Position numbers and translations under genes: made by a program. Under the pieces are notes generated by a model. It was not told the origin of the DNA, did not search any database, and worked only from the letters and a program-made list of their open reading frames with translations. From Mytilus galloprovincialis (Eukaryota), in NCBI RefSeq assembly GCF_965363235.1, contig NC_134842.1, positions 34,168,757 through 34,184,504 on the forward strand: a stretch of DNA of 15,748 nt, written 5' to 3'. Shown here piece after piece: positions 1-9,212 of the stretch. Within the stretch, counting starts at the first letter, position 1. Every line of letters begins with the position of its first letter.

Positions 1-289
1 TTTGAAGGCCCAACCCTTGTCATGAATTGTTTTCTTTGGAACTTACTGCATTCATTGATTTACAGTAATAAATGTGCTTTGTTTGTGTTTTAATATTTGT
101 AACTTTAACTGGAAAATAATTTTTATTAACACATTGCTTTATTGTTGTTAGACCTTTATCAGGATGTATGCCAAATATTGCATTTACTATTTGAGAATTT
201 TTAGAAGCTGTCTTTTGCATGGTTGAGATATTATATTTATGTATGTTTTTATCTAACAATTTTGACATAACAATATATTTTTTTTTCAG

Positions 290-392
290 ATTTGAGATAA
301 CTGTAGATCCAGATCATGACGTAGAACATTTTATCGAGGTTGTGATGAGAGCCAAAAATGGTATTATGGCCTGCTTTAAAGAAAGGACTTAA
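290..392 (+). CDS. Candidate 3'-terminal coding exon (33 codons, ...FEITVDPDHDVEHFIEVVMRAKNGIMACFKERT*). It follows a branch-point-like CTAAC (253-257), a polypyrimidine tract and a CAG acceptor (287-289).
   Basis: Seen in sequence: 'atctaacaat' lies about 33 nt upstream of 'tatatttttttttcag|A'. The frame is then open from 291 to a TAA at 390-392 (phase-2 acceptor). A 33-codon ORF in AT-rich DNA is only weakly significant on its own. The product is not recognised. Confidence 0.27.
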
Positions 393-1532
393 CCTCCATC
401 AAGTTCACATTTACATCATATGATTGACAATGTTAGATTACTGATATCCATAATATCTGTCTTATATTTGAAATTAACTAGACAGTTCAATTATAGATTA
501 AGTATATAACTATACAATGGTATATGAACTCATACAGTTGTATCTCATTATGATAATACGATAGTCAGGGTTGCATTGAAACCTTGGATGAATTAAGTTT
601 TATTGCTAGATCTTGCAAAAGAATTGTTCACATGAATTTGGTTATACCCTACTACTGAGTGGATGGACATATAATGTTACACATATCCTCCCTTCCATCA
701 TTTTTTTTAGTGTTTTTCCATCAATCAGGCAACTCGAATGATTGCCTTAATATGTTATACCCATGAACATGATGGATGCTAGTGAGTTGCAAATATGGAC
801 TGGAATATAAACATGCTGATATGATAATTTAAGGTTAATAGTAAGGTTAAAACCATGATTTAACCCCAGTTTGAAGATGACCAAAACACAGAATAATTCA
901 AACAGTAGTGTCTTGTCTTTTGGTCCTCAATATATAAGTATTCATTGTGAGTCTATGTTTGCAAATCCCTCGGATAAAGTTTAGCATTGTCAGTTTTAGC
1001 TCTTCTGCTTTTGCACTTTGTTTTTGTCAGTTTTAGCTGTTCTCCTTTAACACTTTTTTATGTTGTACTATATTTTATATGTTTAGGTTTTCAAATTTTA
1101 AGTCTGTACCATGCATGGTTATGTTTGTGTTATAAAAACATATTTTGTACAGATGAAATTTATATTAACGTTTTTGCTTTTTGTAAAAGCATGCATTCTC
1201 TTACTGTTTTGCATTTTTATCTTTTGTATTTTAGGTTTTTTTAAGGGGTTTTGTATTGATAAGAGGTTGTTGACAATAATATATACCAGTATGTTTAAAT
1301 TGTTTGCAGATTTTTTAAAGATATTTTCATTTTCTATCCTGTATTGTTTCATATTTTGTAATGCCAAGGCCTTTCAAAGTTACAGTAAGGGTTTCACACA
1401 TTGTTGAAAGTTAAACCTTGATAATGGCATGATGTACTACTTCTTCAATACAAAATCAAGGAGTCTACCAAAAGGACGTATATGGCTAAGCAGCTGCTGT
1501 GTTAATACCAAGGATCATATGGAAATAAGTAT

Positions 1533-1690
1533 ATAAACTCATCATAGATACCAGGACTAAATTTAGTGTATACGCCAGACGCGCGTTTCGTCTACAAAAG
1601 ACTCATCAGTGACACTCGAATCCAAAAAAGTTAAAAATGCCAAATAAAGTACGAAGTTGAAGAGCATTGAGAACCAAAATTCCTAAAAGT
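1533..1690 (-). mobile_element. SINE-like / retrozyme-like short interspersed element (~156 bp), copy 1. It carries a minimal type-I hammerhead ribozyme motif on the minus strand.
   Basis: It is about 90% identical to 4603..4758 and clearly homologous to the degenerate copies at about 5312..5452 and 5633..5774. The shared ends are 'ataaactcatcatagatacc...' and '...accaaaattcctaaaagt'. Confidence 0.6.
1565..1619 (-). ncRNA. Hammerhead ribozyme motif (type I, minimal helix III), copy 1.
   Basis: The minus strand reads gagugucaCUGAUGAgucuuuuguagacGAAAcgcgcgUC|uggcguauacac. CUGAUGA is plus 1603-1609. Helix II is GUCU/AGAC with a UUUGU loop (plus 1590-1602). GAAA is plus 1586-1589. Helix III is A-U plus C-G closing a palindromic GCGC loop, with a GUC triplet. 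The predicted cleavage is 3' of the C that pairs with plus g1578. Helix I pairs ucac...ugg with ca...guga using G-U wobbles. All core nucleotides needed for catalysis are present. Confidence 0.55.
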
Positions 1691-2939
1691 TTTGCCAAAT
1701 ACAGCTAAGTTAATCTATGCCTGTTGTAGAAAAGCCTTAGTATTTCAAAAAAATCAAAAATTAGGAATATTGGTGGTTGTCACCAAGGAGAAGAAAAAAC
1801 TTATGCAGTTGTACAACAGAGATATTACTGGCCAAATATTATATCCTTGTTATTCGAGTATACATCTACATAGTGTATGTATTTTATTGTCTCCATCCAT
1901 TTTTATTCGTGATCAACTCAATATGCTACTAATGTCCAAGTTTTGTGTTTGAATTTAATTGTCCAAGCTAATTGCAAATTCAATTGCATCTACTCACAAA
2001 ACAATTGTTCTATTAAAGTGTGGAAATACTAAAATTGGAGCTGGCACAAAACCGTTTTTTAATGACTTTTTGACAATTTTGTGTCCAGATAAAATTGTCA
2101 TTTTCTATGGTAATGAGTAAGTTAAGTATTATTTTTAGTAATTATATAACACATTTCTCGCAATAACTGCATTATTCTTAGAAACTGCCAGTTGGTATAT
2201 TTGTTTTGTTTTTATTGGTATTGGATATGATTGTGCACCAGGGTTTCTTTCAGGATTAACTTTAAATCATTTTTTTGGACAAAACAAACTTCAGCTTAAT
2301 TAATGTACTTTCTTAGAAAATGAAATTTTTGCTGGGTTTTGGAAATATTTGCTTGTTGTAATTTATCAAAGACCAATTGTAAATGATTTAAATGCACACA
2401 CAATTTTACTGAAAATCAAAATGTAATTTGTATAAACTGAAGCTACTGTCCAGTTCAATTCGTTTAAAACCTTTGTCAGGAGTATTTGAAAGGCATATGG
2501 TGCATTTATTAATCCAAAGCTTTTTCTTTTGAATTGGTAATAGTGACTTAAGTTTTAGCAGTATCACTCAGATTTCAATTCTCAAGGCTAAATAAGTATT
2601 TTTTTAGGCTAAATACAACTTTAGACGTCAAGGTAGAATTGTAATCTGAGTAATACTGGTGAAACTCAAGTCACTATATAATAACTTGGGTGGTAATTAA
2701 TTCAGATTAATGTTGTTTCTGGGTCAAGACGTATGTACACTAATCAACCTAAAGAATCAAGCACTAAATCATGACAGCTTTGGAATATATTTAAAGCAAC
2801 AATAATAAAGTCATCATCAACCCATAGAAAAAGTTTTACTCTTAATGCCTTTTTTAGTATGCAATACAGCAAACATAAAATCTTATTCTGCACCCTTTTT
2901 TACTTTTTTTTATGGCTCTATTATATCATTTTTTAACTC

Positions 2940-3050
2940 TATATCAATCTGTTTTCTGTAGCCAACGGGCAAAGGGCGAAGTGAGCTTTTCTCATCACTT
3001 GTTGTCTGTCGTCTGTCATAGCTGTTAACTTTTTACATTTTGAATTTTGA
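2940..3050. repeat. Head segment of a composite satellite/MITE-like family (homologous to 4095..4200).
   Basis: 'cgggcaaagggcgaagtgagcttttctcatcacttgttgtctgtcgtctgtcatagctgttaac' matches 'cgggtccgaagggtcccatgtgagcttatgccatcacttgacgtcagtcgtcgtctgtcgtcgtcgttaac'. The unit includes a (GTC/GTCGTC)n microsatellite-like core. Confidence 0.6.
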
Positions 3051-3900
3051 ACTTCTGTTAGAAAGCCATTGCATGGATTGAACCCAAACATGACATAAAT
3101 GTTCTTTATGATGTGCTGACCAAGTGTTGTTACTTTGTAGTTGATCCATCATCCAAGATGGCTGCCAGTAGAGGACTTAGTTTAACATATAGGAACCTAT
3201 AGGAAATACATACAAATGTCTTCTTTTAGAGAACCACTGAATGGAATGTTACCAACCATGGCAGGAATGTTCCTTATGAGGTGCTGACCAATCTTGTTAC
3301 TTTGTAGCCGATCCATCATCCAAGATGGCCGCCAGCGGATCACTTACTTTACCATAGGACCCTACGGGAAATACATATAAATGTCCTCTTTTAGAGAACC
3401 TCTGAATTGAATGGAGCCAAACATAGCATAAATATTCCTTATGAGATGCTGACCAAATGTTGTTACTTTGTAGCCGATCCTTCGTCCAAGATGGCCGCCA
3501 GCGGAGGACTTAGTTTAACATTGGACCCATGGAAAACCATACAAATGTCTTCTTTTTTAGAGAACCACTGAAAGGAATGAAACCAAACATTGCATGAATT
3601 TTCCATATGATGTGCTGACCAGGTGTTGCTACTTTGTAGCTGATCAATTATCCAAGATGACTGCCAGCTTGGGATTTAGTTTAACATAGGACCCATGGGA
3701 AATACATACAAATGTCTTCTTTTAGAGTACCACTGCTTGCAATGAATTTGAAACTTAATTACTACGTCATAAATGTTCCTTTTGAGGTGGTGATCAAGTT
3801 CTGCTTCATTGTTGCTGATTTACTGTTCAAGATGGCCACCCGGATTTATTACTACATGTAAATTATGGGGCCAATATTTTACCAAATTTGGCCTCACTCA
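3050..3900. repeat. Tandem satellite array, about 5 monomers of ~166-167 bp (the last monomer is more diverged at ~175 bp).
   Basis: The conserved monomer landmark 'CCAAGATGG' starts at 3153, 3320, 3486, 3652 and about 3827. Each monomer begins 'tcttcttttagagaaccactg...'. The core is 'gtgctgaccaa(g/a)tgttgttactttgtagc(c/t)gatcc(a/t)tc(a/g)tccaagatggc(c/t)gccag'. Confidence 0.85.
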
Positions 3901-4094
3901 TTATGTAAGTATCTGTTAGATAGTAGATTTTTATCTATTTTTATCTTATTTCAATAACCTAAGTACAGTCAGGTGAGCGACACAGGCTCTTAAGAGCCTC
4001 TAGTTATGTTTGCACTTAGTCCAGTTGGATTTAAAACTCTGTGCATAGCCTTTCCATTTTGTACGATAACTTGCAGATTTGAACCATTGAATTA

Positions 4095-4610
4095 GGTTTT
4101 TAGCTCACCGGGTCCGAAGGGTCCCATGTGAGCTTATGCCATCACTTGACGTCAGTCGTCGTCTGTCGTCGTCGTTAACTATTTTAAAAATATTCTTCTC
4201 TGAAACTACTGGACCAAATACCTTCAAACTTACAGTGAATGTCTGATAGTATCTAGTTAATAAATTGTATCCGAGGTTTTGATCTACCAACAAACAGGGC
4301 TAAAAATAGAACATAGGGTTCAAATGCAGTTTTTGGTTTATATCTCAAAAACTAAAGCATTTAGAGCAAATCTGATAGAGGTAAAAATGTTAAACAGGTC
4401 AAGATCCACCAGCCCTGAAATTTTCAGACAAATCAAACAAACCATTGTTGGGTTGCTGCCACTAAATTGGTAATTTCAAGGATATTTTGCAGTTTTGGGT
4501 TATTATCTTGAATATTATTGAAGATAGAGATAAATTGCAAACAGCAAAAATCTTAAACATCTTCTCTGAAACAACTGGGCCTAATACTTCTAAACTTTAA
4601 ATAAACTCAT
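4095..4610. repeat. Second copy of the composite element: a head with a 7-bp stem hairpin 'agctcac...gtgagct', then a long (~365 bp) monomer variant bounded by direct 'tcttctctgaaacNactggNccNaatac' motifs.
   Basis: The head is homologous to 2940..3050. The motif at 4194-4235 is repeated at 4559-4600. The internal 'caggtcaagatccaccagccctg' is homologous to the satellite core 'catccaagatggccgccagcgg'. ORFs 4105..4293(-) and 4279..4473(+) lie inside it and are treated as spurious. Confidence 0.55.
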
Positions 4611-4758
4611 CATAGATACCAGGACTAAATTTTGTATATACGCCAGACGCGCGTTTCGTCTACATAAGACTCATCAGTGACGCTCGAATCCAAAATAGTT
4701 AAAAAGGCCAAAAAAAGTACGATGTTGAAGAGCATTGAAGACCAAAATTCCTAAAAGT
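4603..4758 (-). mobile_element. SINE-like / retrozyme-like element, copy 2.
   Basis: It is collinear with 1533..1690 and begins immediately after the composite satellite block. Confidence 0.6.
4633..4687 (-). ncRNA. Hammerhead ribozyme motif (type I), copy 2.
   Basis: The minus strand reads gagcgucaCUGAUGAgucuuauguagacGAAAcgcgcgUC|uggcguauauac. CUGAUGA is plus 4671-4677. The helix II stem is preserved with a loop change (UAUGU). The helix I change U to C (plus 4682) turns a G.U wobble into a G-C pair. The predicted cleavage is next to plus g4646. Confidence 0.55.
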
Positions 4759-5236
4759 AACTGTTTAAAGCAAAAACTGATATACATTATAGCTCAAAAA
4801 TATAAATCATGTTTGATGAATGAATTGGGCTAAAAAAAAACTAGGTAAGCGATTAATTACTTGCTAAGGCTGACGTAAGTTTTAAAGTCCTTTTATTACG
4901 GTGCCTAACAGTAACCCTAACAGGTATTATATTAAACTCATAATGTTGGTGATAACTTCTGGTACAGTTTTAAACCTGCAAAGTGTTCATTATCCTTATT
5001 TATAGTTTAATTAGGAAAAATACAACAAGGTTAACAAAACAATCCCAACATTTAATACCATGCAGTTTGTTAGGGTTACAGGCTTTACTACGTTGAGTTA
5101 AAGAGCGAGAAACACGCAAAATATATAAATAGATTGCGGTGGAAATAAAATATAAGAAACATTACCTAACTCCTCATGTTAAAACACAACGTGAAGGTTA
5201 TTGTTTTTACATATTTGCTGATAAAATATTTTCAAC

Positions 5237-5879
5237 AACGTTTAATTTGCATACTTGAAATAAAGCATCTGCAATTAATTTCAGAACCCTTCTACGCATG
5301 ACTAGATTACAATAAACACATCATAGAAACCAATATTAAAATTCCCTACGCCAGATTTTGCTTACAAAAGACTATCAGTGACACTTAAAAAAAAAAGTTC
5401 AAATGGCCAAATAATATTACGAAGTAGAAATACAAAAACGAAACCCTTTTTCAACTCCAAAACGAAGTTGTTGCAATTTATATAAAACAATGAACAGAGA
5501 GAAAATGGTTTAGCGAATCAAATTTTATCTAAAGAGTGTGTGTGTTTGTTTATTAACAACGTTTAATTTGCATACTTGAAATAAAGCATCTGCAATTAAT
5601 TTCAGAACCCTTCTACGCATGACTAGATTACAATAAACACATCATAGAAACCAATATTAAAATTCCCTACGCCAGATTTTGCTTACAAAAGACTATCAGT
5701 GACACTTAAAAAAAAGAAGTTCAAATGGCCAAATAATATTACGAAGTAGAAATACAAAAACGAAACCCTTTTTCAACTCCAAAACGAAGTTGTTGCAATT
5801 TATATAAAACAATGAACAAAGAGAAAATGGTTTAGCGAATCAAATTTTATCTAAAGAGTGTGTGTGTTTGTTTATTAAC
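5237..5879. repeat. Tandem duplication, 2 x ~321 bp. Each unit contains a degenerate (ribozyme-dead) copy of the SINE-like element at about 5312..5452 and 5633..5774.
   Basis: 'aacgtttaatttgcatacttgaaataaagcatctgcaattaatttcag...gtgtgtgtttgtttattaac' occurs at 5237-5557 and again at 5558-5879 with only a few substitutions or indels. In the embedded element the hammerhead box is mutated to CUGAUAG and the GAAAC box is lost. Confidence 0.85.
5870..5875 (-). promoter_or_regulatory. Candidate AATAAA polyadenylation signal for the minus-strand Mab-21/cGLR gene, about 40 nt 3' of its stop codon. A duplicate sits at 5548-5553 in the other repeat unit.
   Basis: Plus 'tttatt' equals minus AATAAA. Its position relative to the stop at 5912-5914 is appropriate. 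No transcript data are available. Confidence 0.3.
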
Positions 5880-5911
5880 GACGGTTTGTTCCAAATAAAA
5901 CAAGCATCATT

Positions 5912-8095
5912 TTATTTATTTAATGTACTGAAAATTGTTTGAAATATCGAATTAGGCAACGCAAAAATTCTTCTCGTATAGTTTTCATCACATCCATAGT
6001 CATTAAAGCTATCAAAAAATCTAGATAACATTGAAACATCGATATCACGAAACCATGAAAGATCTCCATCAGATTCAATATGAAAAAAATCGTTCATCGT
6101 AAAGATTTCACTTTCACAATCATTTTGAACATTTCGTGTTATAATTCTGCCCGTGATTTTCATGATAGTTACGATTAAATCATGAACTTGTTTCTCGTAT
6201 TCTGATCCAACGAAATGAACTTGTATCATTTTGTTAAACTCCTCCTCACTATGTGGTAAATCAGATTGTCTTAGATAGCATAAAAATCGCAAAAAATGAC
6301 AATATACTTCAGGACAAACTTGATAAAAAAGTGCATTTCTTTGCCTATAGTCTTCTATGGATAACAAATTTAAAAAACAATTAAAAAATCTCGACAGTTC
6401 TCTCACAGATATTTTTCCGGACTTATCAGAAATAGTGATATTTTCTGTATAATAATGATTTAAACAACCTAGAAACTCAGAACTCAACTCCTTTGTCATA
6501 TGTGTTGTGCTAGAACATTCCACAACAGTTTTAGTGCCAACATGGAAACATCTAAACTTGACGCTTTCTAAAACAAAACTGGTGACTTGCAAGCATTCTT
6601 GGAATTTTCCCTGATTATACAACCAGCTTGCTAGCATTGTCTTACCACACACCAAATCTGCGCTACATCCTATACACAATAAATGTATGTATAGTTTTCG
6701 TAAGGTATGTAGTTGTTTATGGGTCATTTTCTTATCATCTATTTCTAAAAAGTGACAAATGTGACTCAGAAAGCGACATCGGATAACAGGTGTATTTACC
6801 ATAGATTTTACATATGATAGGAGGTATTTCTGTCGTTTAGCGATGATCATATTGCTCATAATGAGTTTTGCGTGTCTTGACAGATCTAAAATAAGTCTTA
6901 AGCATTCTTTTTTAAACTTTACATTTTGAACACAATAAAGCGATCGTATTGATAGTGGATACTTTAAAAACGTTTTAAGTTTTCTCAAGGTTGAACTTAA
7001 AGTAACCCAGCTGAATCCACTGTGCCGTATTTCGCACAAGAGCGCCAGCAATTTTTCTTTTCCTGCTGGTGTGAAACGTTCTAAAAACATATTATTGATT
7101 CGAACAAAGTAGTTTGGACAATTTTCCTCTACAATAAATTGAATCAGGCGTTCCAAGCATAAATGGAATGATAAAATAAGGAAATCGACATTCCAAATAG
7201 ATTGTGGATTGTCTTCTATTACCCAGAAAATTGTGGTCTTCAAAAAGTAGGAACACAAATGTTCTGCTATATCATGATGGACGCATATTACCTCTTTTAA
7301 AATGAGTTTCAGTAATCCATATACTAACAGTTGTGTATGACTAAAAGAATGAACTAGCTCCCTTTCTGCAAATGAAAAGGATAGTCTCCATTCAATTTCT
7401 TCTGTGGTTCTAGCATCCACTTTACTACTGACAGGAACTAAATGACAACTTTGACTTTGAATATTTTGGATCATTTCCCGTGAAGGCCATCCGTATTTTC
7501 TTTTTCTAAGCACCCATTCGCTCGCAATGTTTGGCCAAGTGACAGTTTTTATACAATAAACTAAATCAAAGTCTTCTCCACAAGTTGAAGCAGTCATAGC
7601 TGGTCCATGAGGTTCCATTTGAAAAATCAATTTCATAAAAGGCACGAAAACAGAAATACTTGTTTTAAAGAAAGAACTTGAAAGCAGAGTAGACGGATAA
7701 CCTCTCATCCAAGTTTCAACCAGAACGTATCCTGGTTTTAAGTCAGGTAACATTGAATCGTATCGACATGACAGCAAGGGATTCGATTTATCATCACCTT
7801 CATACGCTTCAATTGTGGAGTCTGTCATCATAATATCTGTGTCGCTTCCTTTCATATCCAAACCCTCGGCTTTACTTCCGCTTGCAAGTAGTGTATTACT
7901 CAAAAAATCTATATTATGAGGATATTTCTTATCAATTATTCTCCTGCGACACCTAACAATGTACTCATTTCCAATGTGATATGATAAAAAGCAAAACAGA
8001 ATTTTGGATTGTGAGTAGAAGTTTATGAGTCGGTTTCTTTGGTTGCCTGAAAAATAATTAAACATAGAAACTGTTTTTACTACTGAAATGGCCAT
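5912..8095 (-). CDS. Mab-21 domain nucleotidyltransferase, a cGAS-like receptor (cGLR)-type protein of 727 aa with a C-terminal ~300-aa alpha-helical (possibly TPR-like) extension. It is a single exon.
   Basis: There is a true ATG at 8093-8095 (tactactgaaATGgcc). The ORF is an uninterrupted 2184 bp in DNA that is otherwise closed by stops every ~60 bp. Motifs: LLASGSKAEG (G73-S74, the NTase GS motif); SDTDIMM (D85 and D87, the [DE]h[DE]h pair); GEDFDLV (D175/D177, with the third acidic residue 90 aa downstream, as in cGAS where the DxD-to-third-Asp distance is ~92); EWRLSFSFAE (res 235-244, the Mab-21 signature). Confidence 0.85.
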   Translation of the reverse strand: MAISVVKTVSMFNYFSGNQRNRLINFYSQSKILFCFLSYHIGNEYIVRCRRRIIDKKYPHNIDFLSNTLLASGSKAEGLDMKGSDTDIMMTDSTIEAYEGDDKSNPLLSCRYDSMLPDLKPGYVLVETWMRGYPSTLLSSSFFKTSISVFVPFMKLIFQMEPHGPAMTASTCGEDFDLVYCIKTVTWPNIASEWVLRKRKYGWPSREMIQNIQSQSCHLVPVSSKVDARTTEEIEWRLSFSFAERELVHSFSHTQLLVYGLLKLILKEVICVHHDIAEHLCSYFLKTTIFWVIEDNPQSIWNVDFLILSFHLCLERLIQFIVEENCPNYFVRINNMFLERFTPAGKEKLLALLCEIRHSGFSWVTLSSTLRKLKTFLKYPLSIRSLYCVQNVKFKKECLRLILDLSRHAKLIMSNMIIAKRQKYLLSYVKSMVNTPVIRCRFLSHICHFLEIDDKKMTHKQLHTLRKLYIHLLCIGCSADLVCGKTMLASWLYNQGKFQECLQVTSFVLESVKFRCFHVGTKTVVECSSTTHMTKELSSEFLGCLNHYYTENITISDKSGKISVRELSRFFNCFLNLLSIEDYRQRNALFYQVCPEVYCHFLRFLCYLRQSDLPHSEEEFNKMIQVHFVGSEYEKQVHDLIVTIMKITGRIITRNVQNDCESEIFTMNDFFHIESDGDLSWFRDIDVSMLSRFFDSFNDYGCDENYTRRIFALPNSIFQTIFSTLNK

Positions 8096-8514
8096 TTAAA
8101 ACTGAACATTTTTAAATGTCTGAATTAATCGCAAGGAAAAATGTCAAGAATCTTTTTCAGTTATTCAGTACGTGTTCATTACCCTGATCCGCGCATGAGA
8201 TCTAGTACATTTAATCACAAAAATACTGAATTTCGAGGAAAATGCAAAACGGAAATTCTCTCAAACGCTAAAAACACACCAAACGAAATGATAACACCTG
8301 TCATATTCCTGACTTGGTACAGGCATTTTATTATGTAGAAAATGTAGGAATGAACCTGGTTTTATAGCTAGCTAATTCTCCCACTTGAATGACAGTCGCA
8401 TCAAATTCCATTATATTGACAACTATGCGCGATCAAAGCAAACATACATTAAAGGTAAAAATGTCAAAAATATAGCAGTAAACGATGGTACATTTTTAAT
8501 CACTAAAAAACAAA

Positions 8515-8910
8515 CAAATATGTAACACAGAAGCACAAAAAAGGAAAAGTTGAGACAAATTTACCATAGTACAATGATAAAATCACGGTATGAATAAGTA
8601 CAGAGCCAAATCATATATGTAACAAAGAAACATAAAACGGCATATAGACAAAGCACATACTAGTAGCACAAACGAAAGACAAGCAACAAACAAGTTTTAC
8701 AATAGCACAATTATAGCGGGATGTATAAGTACAGAGCCAAACTATATGTATCGAGGTAACACCAAAAGGCATATAGAAAAAGCAAATTATCAAAAATGAA
8801 AGCCAGGAATACGAGAATATCAACAATAATTACAGGATGTACAAGTACCCCAAGTATCTAAATCAAAATAAAAATATTAAACAAAGAAGCACAAAATGGC
8901 ATATATTACA
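8515..8910. repeat. Degenerate A/C-rich tandem repeat, about 3-4 units of ~100-130 bp.
   Basis: 'gtacagagccaaa(t/c)(c/t)atat(a)tgtaaca(a/c)agaa(a/g)ca(t/c)aaaa...ggcatatagacaaagca' recurs near 8519, 8617, 8746 and 8876. There is strong A+C skew on the plus strand. ORF 8611..8826(-) lies inside. Confidence 0.45.
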
Positions 8911-9212
8911 TTTAACAACCTCGATTATTGCTTTCTTATTTATGAATTTAGTTCAGTACTGACTTATATAATTAAGAGAAAACGCCTTGCATTCGATTCA
9001 GTAGCGCCAAGAGCGTTTTCGTACGAATCCGTACATCGACAAAATAGTCGTTTGGGAATCTTCATTAGTATTCAGTGCCAGGTAAATCTATATATTTTGA
9101 TATTTTATAGTTTGTGCAAATTTATAAAGCTTGTCTCACTTCATTCATTGTTGTTGATTGGGTCAGCTGATGCACGTCTCCGGGTGCGGATTTTATCGCT
9201 ATAATAAAGACA

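Noticed and set aside
987-1407. Overlapping plus and minus ORFs (85, 98 and 82 aa) in a very AT-rich region
   Set aside because: The translations are low-complexity (F/L/I/Y/C-rich). There are multiple overlapping frames on both strands. No motifs or start-context support any of them. This is expected by chance in T-rich DNA.
4105-4473. ORFs 4105..4293(-) and 4279..4473(+)
   Set aside because: Both lie wholly inside the composite satellite/MITE-like element, which is homologous to the satellite monomers. They have no coding signatures.
4900-5085. Telomere-like TTAGGG / CCCTAA units ('taaccctaaca', 'tgttagggttaca') forming a 13-bp inverted pair about 150 bp apart
   Set aside because: They are single hexamer units, not arrays, and the IR is short and imperfect. 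This is insufficient for an interstitial telomeric repeat or a TIR element.
8141-8338. 65-aa plus-strand ORF just upstream of the cGLR start codon
   Set aside because: It is short, has no motifs, and lies in the presumptive promoter or 5' flank of the minus-strand gene. It is most likely noise.
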